A DNA stretch of 64,000 bases from the human T2T-CHM13v2.0 reference genome, Homo sapiens. The notes under the pieces were generated by a model. The model saw only the letters and a list, made by a program, of their open reading frames with translations. It did no database searches and was not told the DNA's origin. Below are positions 45,201 to 59,919 of this stretch, one piece after another. The DNA lies in NCBI RefSeq assembly GCF_009914755.1, contig NC_060927.1; one strand, written 5' to 3'. The number at the start of each line of letters is the position of its first letter. The stretch's first letter is position 1. The position numbers and the translations under genes were made by a program.

Positions 45201-48200
45201 ATATCAACTTTAGTCCACTCAGAAATCAACGTGTCATTCAACCACTGAGATTCACATGTGAAAATGTAAGAGCTAACGGTGGAAGGGCGTCTGTCTACAT
45301 GTGCGCTCTGTGGACCACGCTAAGTGGAGATTACCGGAGTGTAGAGAAGAGAGCATTTGGTGGGGACATTGGCACCCTCTGGGCATTTTTACATTTCTGT
45401 GACATCCGCACTGCCGCATGTCACAGAGGGGCAGTCAGTCAGCACGAGGTGCTGCAGAACAGGCCATCCTGAGCAGAAAGCCAAAGTGGGCCCATTTGTT
45501 TCTTGGGACTTTCAAAGGGCACAGCCCCCACCTTTAGAAGTAAGTCGTTTGACTTGCTGGAACAATGGTGTGCAAAGAACCTCGCTGTTCAATCGGTGCA
45601 GTGCGATGCCAGGGGCTCAGCTGACTTAAGCACTGTTGAGCTGCAGCCCTGACACCACTGTCTGTCTTCTGTCCCTCTCTGCCGGCCTCTCCCCAAGCTG
45701 AGCGCAGTGTCCTGCACCTGGTGAGGCCTCAATACATTTTTGTTGAATTGAAATGGGTCCTTCATTGCTGGTCCTTATATCCCTACCCCGGGTTGGGACC
45801 ATCACAAAGGGCCTTCCATGGTGCCATTGACGGCTCTGAATCAGTCATTAACACATCCTCAGACATCTCCAGTATTGATGTGGCTGCTCACTCCACCCCT
45901 CGCCAGTCAGCACATCTGCACTGTCACTGGTACAAAGGACAGAGCCAAGGAGGCCCTGGTGGGAGCCTGATATAATTCCCCAACAAACCCTTCACTGTCT
46001 GCACAACGCTGCTGATGCAACAAGCTCCACGCATCTGCGGCTGTGGAAATGTGTTTCGTCTTGAGCTTTAGGTCAGTGTTAATACATTTTTATTAATAAG
46101 CCGCTGCAGGGTGTGGGATATGAAATCAGCTTTAGAGCTGCATGGTATCTTATGGAGTTGCCTGGCTGATTCCCACCTTCATTTTACAGAGAAGCAAATG
46201 GAGGCGTGATCCAAAATGAAATTTGATTTTTTTAAAGGGGTGAAGACTGTGTCTTTTCTGAATTTCAAAGAAACCAAGTAAATGCAAACTGGACCCCGAT
46301 GATAACACATTTAAAATCAATTGTTGAGCTCTTCTTTGCTCCAGGTAATAAGAGGAGGAGGGGGAAGATTCAGATTTGTGGGGGATGCCAGCCCATGTCA
46401 AGGGTCAGAGAAGCTGCGTGTCAGGTCTCAGCACAGATCGAAGAAGAAGCCGGGAGAGGAGGAGGGGCAGGAGCTGGAGAGAGGCCCATCAAGGAAAATG
46501 GCACAGCCTCCCCTTCCCCGGGACTTAGCTCTGAGTTTCACTGATGGGAACCCTTGGGTTTAATTTATCAGTGGGTTCCTAATCCCTCCCTACCCCAAGA
46601 CAGCAAAGGAAATGGTGACCACAGGACACCCACAGAGGGAGAAACTGGAGACCTCTGTTTATCCAAATGAGTTTAGTCTGCAATTAAATGTTTTCAGGCC
46701 AAAACTTCTGCCTTGTGGTTCAGGGTAACTGGGGCCCTGTGGGAGCTCCCTGTTTAAGATGGGCTTCAAGCAGCCACCATTCCTCCACTATCCCTTGGAC
46801 CTGCATCACACATCCAGAGCAGTATCTGCCCAGCAAGGAGCCAATTCTCTATGGCCAGGTGCTCTAGAGACAGACAAGAAGTGTAGAGAGCAACTGCCTT
46901 GCAGCCCCACCAACCTGGTGAAAAACTACGAACACATTTCCTCTTTTACCATCTACTCCATCCCACTTTAATCAGTTCCCCAGCCACAAAGCCCTCCACC
47001 ATGCTGGGGGACATTTAGGCGTTTTGCAGACCCATCCTGCCTAGGTCCCATGCCAGTTCTCTACCCTCACCCCTACCTGCCTGAGGGACCCTGCTGGTCC
47101 CTGGCTCATCCCCCTGCAAGGCCAAGACCACCAGCCTCCCTGGCACTGGTGCTGCTGCCACTGTGTGGCCTGGCGGGAGGGGAGAGGCTGTGCGTTCTTT
47201 GACTTAGACCACACTCCTCTAGCACAGCCAAGATCAGCCTGGCACATTTAAACCCAGATCAGCAGTGCAGCTGTTAAAAACAAGGGACTAGTAACAGATA
47301 AATGGAGAAGGAGACACCAGATATAGATCCTGCCCCTCCACAGGCACCACCCACTGAGCACCTCTGCCCACTGCTGCCCTCCCAACAGGTGGAGGATACC
47401 TATCTTCCTTTCTTCCCCAACTGGAGGAATGACCAGCCTCTGAGACACTAGCTTTCCCCAGCCCAGAAGCCTGCCCTTCAAGTACTCACTTTCTGCACCA
47501 GCTCTGGCAGTATGAAGTTATATGCCCTCCAAGAAATACCCCACTCCTGATACGAGGGCTGGCCTTGTCTTCATTCCCTTACTAGCACAGCACCACTGGC
47601 ATACAGCACGTTGCTATATGAAGGACCTTTTGGCACAAGAACTCTGCCATCAATCTCACTGGCTGTCGCTTTCCAATCTCCCCCTTCTAAGGTTGACTTA
47701 GCTCTTGGGTGGCCAGTGTATTCCCCAAGTCTGGGTCATTTGACAGAATAGCGTACGCGTGCATGCAGTATCCAGAGTCCAGGCCTCCTGGAAGGAACTT
47801 CAGCCAGTGCAGGGCTTGGTTTGCTACCCTTCCCAGGGTCCTCAGGGTTTCCACTCTTAACCGTATGGCCAGTTGCCTCAACGAGGAAATACACCTGTCC
47901 ATGCACACAGCTGAATCCCTGCACTAGAGCCAGCAATAGTGGTCTACAGCATAGCCCCAGCCACGTTCCTGTAAAGGAAACAAATGCAACTCACAGCCCA
48001 GATAAGATCTTAAATTAATAAAAAGGCACCTGCTGTCATACGCTAGTTTTTTTAATCACATAGATTAAAATATTCCAAATTCCAGCAGCCTTTTCTTTAA
48101 GGGTGTTGACCTGATTCTAGAACCTGACCCCAGGCTCTTCTTCATCCTGGCCGCACTAGAGGTGAACTTTCTTCTGCCTGATGAGAAATGCTCTCAGAGA

Positions 48201-48404
48201 GGCCATGCCCCTTATTACACAGTGAATAGGAGGCAAAGTCAGGATTGAATGCAGGACACTGATTTTCTTTCACAGTTGGGCAGATGTTTTTCAAAATAAG
48301 GAAATTATTTGCCCCAAAGATCCTTCCACTGACATCCAACCTTGGAGCCATTTGGAAGCCGAGAGGTGACCTGATGAAGTGTCTGAAAAGAGAAGCTCGA
48401 AGTC

Positions 48405-48612
48405 CAGCCAAGCTTGGTTTGAAGCCTGACTCCAGGTTTTACCAGTTGTGGGACTACTGGCAAGTTTTTTAACTTTTCTAGCCCATTTTCTGCTTTGTGC
48501 CTTATCTGTACAAGTGAGACAGTAATACCTCCTCTTGGGGATCATGGCAATTAGAGATAGTAAAGATAAGGCGCCCGGCAGTGCATGGCACGTGGTAGGT
48601 GCTCTCGATGGT
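48405..48612 (+). mobile_element. MIR SINE
   Basis: GGTTTGAAGCCTGACTCC...GGCAAGTTTTTAAC...ATCTGTACAAGTGAGACAGTAATACC...TGGCACGTGGTAGGTGCTC. Confidence 0.75.
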
Positions 48613-50745
48613 AGCCACCTCTCCCACCCCTGCGTTTTAATATTTGGATCTGGACTTAGACGAATATTTTGATTCAATGTAATGCTTTTGTGTGAGTGAA
48701 AGTACAAGTTAATAAGTCAAGGCTAAGGGAATCTAAGCCAAAATTGAGTGTCCGGACACAGGACTCACCTTCATATAGAAGCTGACCTGTTCTAACTCTC
48801 CTGACTGAGGGATTCAGGTCCTTGCACCACCACTACCCTCACCTGCAGAACAACCCCAGAACCCTGTTTGTTTATTTTTTTACCTCCTTGGAATAAGCTC
48901 ACATTTGCTCCATGACACTCACCAGCAAGAAATTCATTGTGTTTTTTCTAAATTAAACACATGAGCATTTGTTTCTTATTAAATAATATAATAAAGAGGA
49001 CCTTCGATGACAGGGCTCACAAAACATCATGACTGGGCCAAGTAAAAAAAATTAAAAATACATGTGACTTCATGCCTCTGCTGACATGTCATCTTGAGAG
49101 GATGACATCCATCTTGATGAGACCGTACAAGTCCTGGAGGGCAGACCAGAACCTCTGAGAAGGGCCCTCATGGTCACTGCAGGGTTGCATACCATCTCAA
49201 GGCGATAATCCAGTGACGTACACAGCATCTCTGGCTGCCATGCTGTCCTTCCCTGCCTGGTCAGGCCCCAGGACCTGCCCACTAGCTCCTGTGGCAACAG
49301 CCTATAGAGTTCAGTCTCCAGCTCCCCAGAGCTTCTCCAGGAGTGCCAGGGAGCAGAGCCCAAGCCTCCTCCAATTACAGATCCCTTCTCCCAGGCTCCA
49401 CTTTGCCTGTTCAAGCCTTTGAGATGCCGCCTCCCTTACCTAGCTAGCTCTTTCCCTGTTGGATTGGAAAACATAACCAATAGAAACCTCTTAACCTGTC
49501 TCTGGATGCCAAAGTCCCTGGTCTTCTTGCTTCCCAGCTCGCCCCCAGGAGAGGGGAGCAAGAAACCCCTCTCATGCTTTAATAATCTTCCTGCTGGCCA
49601 AGATGAGGCAGCCGAGTTAATACTTTAATTCAGGCATCCTGCCACGTGGGTTTGCCACATCTGCCCTGTGAGAGTGTAAGTCTCCAGAGGGCAGGGACAA
49701 GGTCTTATTTTCTTTTCTTCCTATCAGCTCATCACATTTTATCAGGTTTCACACGCCTCTTTGACCGGTAGCCCCGGTGTCTTCATATGCCCATGCACAG
49801 AAACCTTCACGTTGTGTCCCTATAAGAATCACTCCCATTTTTCCAGCGAAGCTTCACGTCCCTGGGAGAAAGGTAGACAGTAGGCAGCAGAGAGCAGATT
49901 TAGACATGACAGTGGCCCAGGGTCCAGCTTGGAGCCATCTGACCCCAACCCTAGAGTAAGTGAAGGGGACCCTCAATGCTGAGGATCAAAGCTGGGGTGC
50001 TGAGAGTTTTAAGGGCAAATCCAAGATTTTGTAGATTGAAGCTGTTGAGGAGCCCAGGAAAACGATCCAGTGTTTCCCATGGTCATGTCTCCAGCTCCCT
50101 GCTGTCACGTCCCGTAGATGTGGGAGATGGTGAGCATGGGGGTGAGATCCCACATGGACGGGGGCCTGGACACCAGGCAAGAACAAAGAGCATTGGCAAG
50201 GAAAAGCAATTTGATTACCAGACAGTTCTGTTTAAACAGGATGGGGTAGGATATCAAGCGGGGGAAAAATCAGTGCCCGGAAGGAAGAAGGGATTTAAAA
50301 ATAAAAGAAGTGACATTAAATCCAGAGAAGTAACCCTGCCTTCCTTTTTCAGTAAAGTGTTGCTTTTAAAAATCTGGATCTAACACAGAGAAGGCAAATG
50401 GATCCTTCTCTACATAGCACTTAGGGCAGCTACTGCGGATTGATTGAGCTTGGCATCTGAGATGAAATTTGAGGCCTAATCAACGCTCAGCAAGAGTCTT
50501 ATAACTGATTATTAATGTCTGCCAAGGGCACGAAAAGGAGGAGGATTTAATCAAGTACTATGCATTTGCCATCTTTCCTAACCAGTATTTTTCAAATTCT
50601 CCCATCAGTTCCCAGTTACCCCGAAATATTTTCATTAAAAAAAAAAAAAAAAAAGAGGAAAGCATAGCTGGCTCTACTAAAGCTGCAGTTAATTAACCTG
50701 GCCATTCATTTAATCATTTATTCATTGATTCAAAAAGTTATTGCA

Positions 50746-51039
50746 GGTTTGGGCACTGTGGCTCATGTCTATAAACCCAGTACTTTGGGAGGCCCTGGCA
50801 GAAGGCTCACTTGAGCCCAGGACGTCAAGACCAGCCTGGGCAACAGAGTGAGACCCCATCTCTACAAAAAATAATTTAAAAAAATAGCCAGGCATGGTGG
50901 TGCACACCTGTATTCTCAGGTACTCGGAAGGCTAAGGCAGGAGGAACACTTGAGCTCAGGAGGTCAAGGCTGCAGTGAGCCATGATTATGCCACTGCCCT
51001 TCAGCCTGGGCGACAGAGTGAGACCCTGTCTCAAAAAAA
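50746..51039 (+). mobile_element. AluJ-like SINE
   Basis: Full dimer; TSD AGTTATTGCA (50736-50745, 51041-51050). Confidence 0.93.
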
Positions 51040-52839
51040 TAGTTATTGCATGTTGCCTGTACAAAAAATGCCAGGTGACTGTGTTGGAGAATGCTGAAAA
51101 GAAAATACTTGCTGCTTCAAACACCTTACCGTCTAAATCAAGAGATAGAATATGAAATATAATTGATTACAACACAAGAAACCACTAATGATAATACAAG
51201 ACAATCTAAAATAAGCATGAGATTAAGTTTCTCAGTGCTGTAGATATTTTTCAGTACCTGATGGGTACTTTTAAAGTGTTGTTTGCTTTTGTTCTTTGTT
51301 TTGTAAAGTTTTGAAAGCATATAGTCCTTTTCCCTCAAATGGCACAAAAGGTAATATTTTTGATAAAGGAAGAAGGCAAGAAAAGTTTCTGACAGGTCAA
51401 GAAAATTAAGTAAATATATAGGCCTTTGACAAAGGCTGCAAATAGAACCACAGAGTGTATCATTTCTTTCTTTGAATGATACTTTATTGTCATTTTTGAC
51501 ATATGGATGGTTTTTCTGAAATTGAGTTGTTTTGAGACAGTATTCTGTGAACCATAACCTGGGGATAGACTCTCTACATTCTTTTGGCTAATCATCTCAT
51601 TTTTTTAAACAAGTGGTCAAGTGGTATTTACCCAATTGCAGTATCCTAAGATAGAATACCCTCTGGTTGTTTAAGAATTAATGAGATGAGCTAAACATTC
51701 CATTGAAAAGCATGTGTTTATGTAAGAAAACCAAGTTACTTTATGAAGTAAATTGTGGTCTTTTATCACTTTTCCTCTCTTCGGTCTCTGGAAAAGAAGC
51801 CAAGCAGATTGATTCAGCCAAGAGTCCAGCCAGGGCTGGGAATAGCCTTTTTGGAATATATCTTGCATTTCCCCGCTTTGTACGTGCAATCTGTAGTGTG
51901 AGGTAAAAGTTTGGTGGTTTTATTTTGCATAGACCCCCTACGGTCGTGGCGGTGGGGTTCCTGTGAGATAGTTGCACACCTCAGAGTGCTCTGTGGAGAC
52001 TCTATGGATAAATAGCAGGGAATGGGGGTTTCTAGGGCTCAGGACCCTGGGCTTCCACTCCCAGCCCTTATTGTGAGCCTCAGGGTCCCTGCCAGACCCT
52101 TTATGGAGCTATGGCTTGAAAATGGAGGCATCAGGACCGACTTGCAGGTAGCGAGGGGGAGGGTGTGTGGCTGAGGAGAGAACAGGCGGTGAGCATGCCT
52201 GATAGCCTCTTTCTTGCTGGGAAGCCGGGAATATTAATAGCATCATCACATTAATCTAAAAATAAGGTCTGTAAAGTCCTGACACTCCCTGAAGACAGGC
52301 CCTGCTTCCTTAATCCTCCCAGATCTTTCCAGGTCAGAGCAGCACACTACCCTTCCCCCTGGAGGCAAGAGGGCCAGTTTCCCCAGGCTGCCGGCGCGGG
52401 TCTCCCATCTGTGGCTGGGAGAGGCCAGGCTTCTGAGTTGGGTTCTCAGCTTCCTTTGCTTTTAAAATGGCCTCCTGTGCTCCTGTTTCCTGTGTGGCCC
52501 CACAGGCATCCTTATTTTGAGCTCTCTTTTGGTCTGTATTCTTAAGCCCCACAGCACTTGGTGATGCCATGTTATTTTAACTGCCAGACTTTGGCCTCTT
52601 GTCTGTCACTTGACCCTCACCTCAGCGCTGGGGTGTGCAGGGCACAGGGGAGAAGCCACCTGCCTGCCACCTAGGAGGCCCAAATGGAGACATGGCTTGA
52701 CCGAGGTCCTTCTGTTTCCTGTGTATTTTCTGCCCTAACCCCACCCGGCCCCCACAACCCATCATGCCATAAGTCCCAGCCACCCACCCTCAACCTGTCC
52801 CTGGTGGACACTCCTTTTGCTGCCTTGCTTTCGGGAGCC

Positions 52840-53392
52840 CAAGTCTTGTGAATTCTACCTTTAAAAGTCTCTCAGTGCTGACCAGTCCTTTTCACCCCCA
52901 TCGCCCTCACCCTCCTCTCTCCACCCCCAGAGTCAACCTTCCACACTAGGGCCAGTCACTTCCCCTACAGAAGGCATTTTATGCCAGCCACCTCCAAAGG
53001 GGATCAGGCTGGCCACTCCACAGCTTCCAGTGTCCACCCCATTGGGTGCTGACAGTCCTCAGATATGCCCCACACGGGCCCATCGTGGGCCAGCACTGGC
53101 CATCCTGGACACCTGAAGACCCTCCCCATCCCTCTCCTATTCCCTCCCCTCTCCCCACCGAGTCGTTCTATAAGGCCCAGATACCTCCTTCACTGCTGGG
53201 CTCTCCTTAATTTCTTCTGCTTGAAAGAATTCCTCCTCTGTATTCCCTGATGTTCGGTACCTCTCTTGTGTCCATCACCATACCCTGAAGTTTCGTATAC
53301 TTGCCTTCCTCCCTCTCGAGGTCATCAGCCTCTTAAGGGGAGCAGTCATTACTTGTTCTTCCCCAAGTGTTTGTGGAATGGAGTTGAATGTG
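52840..53392 (+). mobile_element. Highly diverged L2 fragment
   Basis: AATTCTACCTTTAAAAGTCTCTC... ending GTTTGTGGAATGGAGTTGAATG. Confidence 0.5.
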
Positions 53393-56300
53393 TTCTGTCG
53401 GGTGGGCTTCCCACCTCTGTGCCAGGAACGTGAATGGCTTCAGGCTTCTTAGGTCAGGGTGACTTCATGGGGTATTTTTAAATGACTTGAAAATTTGGGA
53501 AGCGACCTTACATGGTCAATTATTAAAGGAGAGGTAGGAAATCGAGTTGCTTTTTCATCACATTTTGCTTTGCCATTTCTGAAGAGTTCTGTTGTGGTGT
53601 CCCTGGAAGGGCCCTGGGTCAGGCACACCCCCAATGCCAGGGGCTTCATGAAGGCTGGCCAGCATCCCCAGTGTCCCAACTCAGCCCAACCTGTCTGTTG
53701 TCCCATCCTAAGTTCTGTATGCTCCTCCTTGCTTCTGTCCCACTGCCAGCATGCCCTCTCCAGGGGCATTGTGGGTCCAGTTCTAAGGCATGGCTGTCCT
53801 TCTGAGGAGGAGGTCCTCATTCATTTAAAGGGAGTGAAATGGGAGCTCAGAAGTCAGAGGAAGCTATTCGTTCCCAGGGAAGTATTTTAAGGCAGGCAGG
53901 TGTGTTGTTTTTGTTGTTTTTAAGTGAGACAAATGTGCTTTTCAAAAGACTCCGTGTGTGTGCTTACACCCCTGAGTCTGCTTGAACATCTAACACCTAC
54001 CAGCTCCCTGACAAGAACATTCGTGGCAGATAAAAGGCATTAAAAAGTCCTAAGAGTGAAGCAGGATGAGTCACAGAGAGAGTGAGCCTGCCAGAGCCTT
54101 TGAGAGCAGCGGGTTGCAAAGCTTGAGTCTCGGTTCCTCGTTTGCTCCGCCTTGTGCCAAGCTCATGGGTGGGTGTGATCCCCTCCCTTGCTCGGGCCCC
54201 TACACCTACACACCTCCCACCACCTGCAGAGCTCTCCGGCCCACGGCACGCCCTGCTGGGCTCACCTGGTGCCTGAGGGTTTTGCTTGCCAGCTGGGGCT
54301 GTGGGAACCAGCCGTGGGCTGCTTTTGCCCTACACGAGGAGACGATGAGACTGAGCTGAGAGTCACTGTTTGTCACCCTGAGGCATTCATCACAGCACAA
54401 GAAAGCAGCAGGGCGGTGTCCCCTTCTCCCCCAACACTCCCCCCCTCCCCACCCCCGACTGGAGAGATGAGAAAAGTGCTTGCAAAACGGCTGAGAAAAT
54501 TTGCAACAGAGGCTCACGGGGAAGAGTGGGCTCAAAGCACCAGTGGCAGGCAGCACCTATTCTCATCTACACACAGCCCCTCCAGTCCCTAGCACCAGGC
54601 AATCACCTCACCCAGCTGCACCCTCCTTGACTTTCAGTATTGGGTGCCTCTTTACACCCAAAAGGAGGGAGGAGGACATGCCCCGTCCTTTGTGGAGCTG
54701 GGTATCGTTGTGGCAGAAGTTGGGAATTTTTGCAGAGCCTGCTGCTTTTTGAGGTCTTTCTGTAGTTCTCAGAGCAGATTTAAGAAATGTGGGTTCACCA
54801 GTGAGATTGGAAGGAGAAGGGGAATGCCATCGTTTGTGGGGGAGGTGAATGCCTAGAGATTTGGTGGGAGATGTATTTGGAGAGTAATGAGAATGAGTAA
54901 CTTGATGGGGGTTGACGCAGTTGGGGAGTCTTGGAACCTGCTGACCCAAGGTGCCTGAGAGGGCTACTGACCACACCTGTTGTCTGTGTGTATCCACTCC
55001 TCATTAGAGCCCATTGCCAGTTTTGCCAGGGGTTTTAATTCAAGGGAAGTTCTGAACCACAGGCTTGTCTTTCCCTCAAGTCTAGTGGGTACACATGGCT
55101 CACAGCTGTACAGACACACCTGTGGCCATCGAGAGGACAGAAACTTCACAGACCTTCAGTTACGTGTGCCCCATTCTTACTGAAGCAAAAGCTGTTGAGG
55201 CGATGGGCCCAGCCGAGGCCTTGATCTGGAAGTGCTTTGGGGTGTACCCTACATGTGTTAAGGGGGCATACCTGGTGTACCTGGCAGCTGTGTTCCCCAT
55301 GCTATTTTGTATTCTGAGGTCAGGCTCCTCTGAAGAACCACTAACTGCCTTTGGATGGGTTTTAGGACCTTTAGTCATGGGTCAGACTGTTGAGCCTCCA
55401 TGGTTGTGAGAATTCCAGGGCTCTAGGCTGGGTCCTGTGTGCATCAGGCTGTGGTTCTGAAATTTAATCAAACATGGTAAGCAGCTCCCTTTACCCTTTT
55501 GAGTCACAGTGCTGACTATTGCAAAGAAATGTACAAATCAAAATGTGTTTGCATTTTATTTATGCAGAAGCAGGAGATGGCAAATTTTAAACCCTATTTT
55601 CAATCAAACCTGGAAAAAAAATGTTAAGATTTGAGTAACTAGTTGGAACCTTGCTGCCTCTCTTTTCACTTCAATATAGGTCTGTTTCTTCCTGATTACT
55701 GGACTCAATAAGAGAACGAAATGTTATGTAGTCAGCAAATAGAGTTCATGTTACCTATTAGACCGTAATAGCTCCACCGGACATGCAGAAATGGAACTTG
55801 ATTTATTACAAAACTTGAAAGAAAGAATCAAAAAGGGAGGAAAAGAAAGAAAAGCAAAGAAACTAGCCACAGATCTGCCTCATCAAACAGCCAATCAGTG
55901 TGCCCAGCAGCATAAAAACAGCACATCCTGCAGCCAGCTGGCAACAGAGGGGGAAGCAGCCTCCCCTACCTGGTTGTTCATTTGACAGGAGCCTCGGGAA
56001 CTGCATTCATTATTTGGGTCTCAAACAAGGGGTGTCGTTTGTAGAAAGGATTTTATTTTTTAACCGCTTTTTCAGGTATGGTGTTCTTAACACCATACTG
56101 TGGTTTACCCAGGAAGTTAATTGCTTTATTCTTTTACATTGACCTTGAGAGGATTTTATATCTGAGAAAAGTGACATTTTGGTTTTCTAATTTAGAAGCA
56201 CAAAGGAAGTTGAGAGAGACAGTGTATGAGCCTGATTCACACTTTGGGGAAAATTGCTCCGGTTAAATTATACACTCTTGGAACTGGGAGCAAAGATAAC

Positions 56301-56599
56301 ATTCTTAGACTTAGGCGTTAAATATGATTAATGGGACAACAGGGATAACGTCGATGCCCCTTCGTGTGGACAGCCGGCTTGCGTTTCATCCCTGAAAACT
56401 TGTGTGGTTGAAGGGCTTGAGTACACACCAGAGAAGGTGTGCTCACTTACAATTCTGACTTCTCCGGCAGTCACGAGCAGTAATAGTAACCCTTTGCCTA
56501 CAGTTTCATAACGCGCTGTTTTAGCAAAGGAGGACCCTTCCCCCAAGAAACACGCTAGTAGAAATGCCAGCCCTTGGGGGAGGAGGGTCACCGTGAGAT

Positions 56600-56685
56600 G
56601 AATTCACAATGTATACGTATCCCAAAACATTATGTTGTGCATCATCAATATGTACAGTTTTTACTTATCAACAAAAAATAAATAA
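56600..56685 (+). mobile_element. Short 5'-truncated L1MA-type 3' terminus
   Basis: CACAATGTATACGTATCCCAAAACATTATGTTGTGCATCATCAATATGTACAGTTTTT...AAAAATAAA. Confidence 0.75.
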
Positions 56686-59263
56686 TGAGGAAAAAATCAT
56701 GCTGGCAGCTTTTAAAAGGATAGCCAGTTTGGCTTGGTGTGTTAAGCTGACAGGTTGCTTCCTGTTGGATCCCACTCACCCCTGGGCTGAGGCAGGGGCT
56801 GGTAGCTTATGATGCCAGCACAGGCTTCCAGGACACATTTTGACAATGCTTTTGAGTAGTCTTACATCTCAGTGGGAAGACCCGGAGTTCTTACTCAGCT
56901 GACAGAGAAAGCCACATGTAAAACTCAATCATTTTGGAATAATGATGGAAGGACAAGGGTAATCTATGGCTGTCACCTTCTACTCCTCTGGGGAATATGT
57001 GATGTCTTCGTCTCCTCAAAGAAGAATAAAAGATGGGGGCAGGACTTCCCCAGGGGTTAGTGTGGTGGCAGGTGCCACCCCATACACTTTCTATATTATT
57101 AAGGAGCTTCTGCAGCAATCCGAAAGGCAAAACAAAGTTGAAAGTAATTTATCTTCTTATCCATATCAAGATCAGGGTAATATTTGTGTGTGTTTTTATA
57201 TACTTGAAGTAAAAATTAGAATAGTCAATTAACCCTATTGGGAATTTTAATACTTTCATTTAAAAAATACTTTCTTCACTCTTTTCTTTGAAAAGCACCA
57301 CAAATTACTGCTTACTTTTGGATTCTTTCCTAGATTTTAATGTACCTTCTAGGCATTAAAACAGGAATATATCTGATATCCATCTGACATTTAGAAATTA
57401 CATTTACTGGTGTAACTTTCATTCTTCATTATTACTGTTATTGCTCTAATTGCCAGCACCCATTGTTCATTCATTGTGGTGTGAAAAACAAAATTGATGA
57501 AAGTTTATTTTTCTCTCCATATCCAGACCTGCCCTCTCTATCTGCCAGTTCTATCAGCAAAACACTTTGGGTAGGTCTTGTTTGTTTTAATCCCTTCAAA
57601 CTGCTGGTTCCTGCCCAGTAACTCCCGAGCTGGCTTTCAGGTGCTTCTCTGCCAAAATATGCTGACTGCATCCCTGAAAATTGATCGTGTGTTAAGAACT
57701 GCTGAGAGGCTCAGCCACGTCTGGGGCCAAGTCATCATAGCCAGGTCCACGGCAAGGGAGAGCCCTCCCGACAGGCAGCGCTGCCCTGGACGCAGGAGGT
57801 CTGAGACAGGGAATATGCGCATGGGAGGTGGTAAGAGAATTAGAAGGTGCAGAGATGGGGGATATGAGGAGACGGGTAGCAGTGGGGACAGAGTGAGAAC
57901 AGAAGCAGGGAGATGTGTGGAAACTGGTGGAAAAAAAGAAGCAGCAAACCAGAAAAATGGCTGATAGGATGTTGATAATATCGCAGGAATGTTTTTAAAG
58001 GCCTATTTTCCAAAAATGAATATGGGGGAAACTGAGAAATGAGGATACCAGATAAGTTCCACCTGCAGAGGCCTAGAAAGGTTGGCAGATCCATGTGGGG
58101 CAGTCACAGGTGCTGAGAAAGAGGGGCGGTTTTGCAAGGTGTGGGAAGCTGAGTGGGATGCAACTCCTGGAATTGGGGGTGACAGCCCAGAGAGTGCTGG
58201 CTGAATGAATATTCGGCTGAATCTGCTTTTTTAGCTGACCTGTTGGAATGCCTAAAGCCCAACTGCCAAGCACTCGCTCTGCACATTATCTTGAGTCCCC
58301 TTTGTGATAGTAGTGCCCTCTGCCTCTGGCTCCCCAGGCACTCACTTTCCTCTAGGGAGACAGGCAGGGAGTAGGTGGGTACAGGACAGCTGTGGTATGG
58401 GAATAGGGTACCTCGGGGCTGCAGGAGCACTAAGGGAGAGGCATCACCAGCCTTCCAGGTTAGGCAGTGCTGTTCAAGCCAACACTGGAGGAGGGGGAGA
58501 GGGAGCTGCAGCACGAGCTCTTAGTTGTATAAAATTGAAAGTGGGTAGGCTGAGGAGGGGTGGAATCACAGAACCTAAGAGAATTCAAAGGAGGGTAGCA
58601 GCCTATCTTTCCCAAGTGGCATAGTCTGTTTTTTTTTAATCCAACTATTTTTTAAATTGTACTGGGCATATGGTACCTTCCAAGACCAAGAGACAGCCAG
58701 ATGGAGTTGAGAGGGATCATGAAACCTGTTTTGTTCTAGCAACTCTAGGGCTGCAAATATTGTTCAGCCTCCACTCCCTAAGGCTACGGGAGCTCATAGT
58801 GGTGTGAATTCCCAAGGGTTCGTGCGGGCACCACTGTGTCCCCTCAGGCAAACCACTGGTCTCTCCATGCAGTTGCATCCTTTAACACCCAAATAGAAAT
58901 TATCCATTCCTTGGTCATAGTAGAATGAAATGAAAGCACTATGGAAAGGGGAAGGCTGTCCACCATTGAGGGAATTCCTGGAAATGGCACACTCTTGGTT
59001 CATGGCTCAGAGATGAGCTCCAATGAGCATTCACCATTACTGTCACTACGGTCCCACATCAGCAATGACCCAGGGGTGCAAAGTGCCTGCACCGCAGACA
59101 CTGTCTCTCCCCAACCTTATGATGCAGGTCAGTCAATAAGTTCCTTGCAGTCAGATCTGGGGCTGGGGGATGGGGGGATGCATTGTCATGGCTGCCAACG
59201 AAGAGGAACGAGAGAAAGAGGAGTAGAAGGATTCATAGAAAGATGGATGGAGGGATGGATAAG

Positions 59264-59799
59264 TGTAGGGGAGGCAATCTTAGTTTCCTCATCTTAGTTT
59301 CTGCAACTGGATCCCTGTAAATTAAACTGGCAAATGACAGTTTCACAACTTATTCAAAAAATAAAGACATTTATTAACATATGTATTGTTGGTGTACACA
59401 TGGGTGCACCCAGTGATGAGTAACCAGAGGGATGGTCAGAACTTGGGTTTATAAAACATCTTAGGCTAAAGGAAAAGGGGCTTATGGATTCTGGGCTGGG
59501 AACACTAGACTAAAGAGGGAAGGTAAGAATAAGCCTTTAATTACTTGAATGCCCAGCAGCAGTGGTAAGGACCCTATACATGAGCATATAAAGTAACTCC
59601 TCTCCCTTACCAGGAAGAGGAAGACATCTTTTACAAATGGAAACTTTCCTTGTGAGTGTAAATTTACTTTACAGAAGAAAACCTTGTGCCCTGTTTTTGG
59701 AGCTTTGCCTGCGTCGGCTGTTTCTCAATGGCCTTTAGCTCAAAATCATCCATGTGCCAAAGAAACATATTTTGGGGTGGCATATTCTGCTGCCCTTCA
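59264..59799 (-). mobile_element. ERV1-type solo LTR (MER34/MER39-like) containing an 89-bp insertion
   Basis: TG...CA termini; minus-strand start TGAAGGGCAGCAGAATATGCCACCCCAAAATATG...GATTTTGAGCTAAAGGCCATTGAGAAACAGC resembles the MER34 5' end. Confidence 0.75.
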
Positions 59800-59919
59800 G
59801 ATGGAAGGAAGGATGATCTTGTATCCATAGTCCAACTTCTAGTTGAGCTTTTGCTCTTCCTCCTCCCCGTAGCAATATAGAGAATCAGTGTAAGATTTGG
59901 CTTCTTTTTAAAAAAAAAT

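Noticed and set aside
50110-50163. Hairpin CCCGT-ag-ATGTGGGA...TCCCACAT-gg-ACGGG (also a 9-bp stem at 16720-16744)
   Set aside because: Stems too short for a pre-miRNA; plausible by chance.
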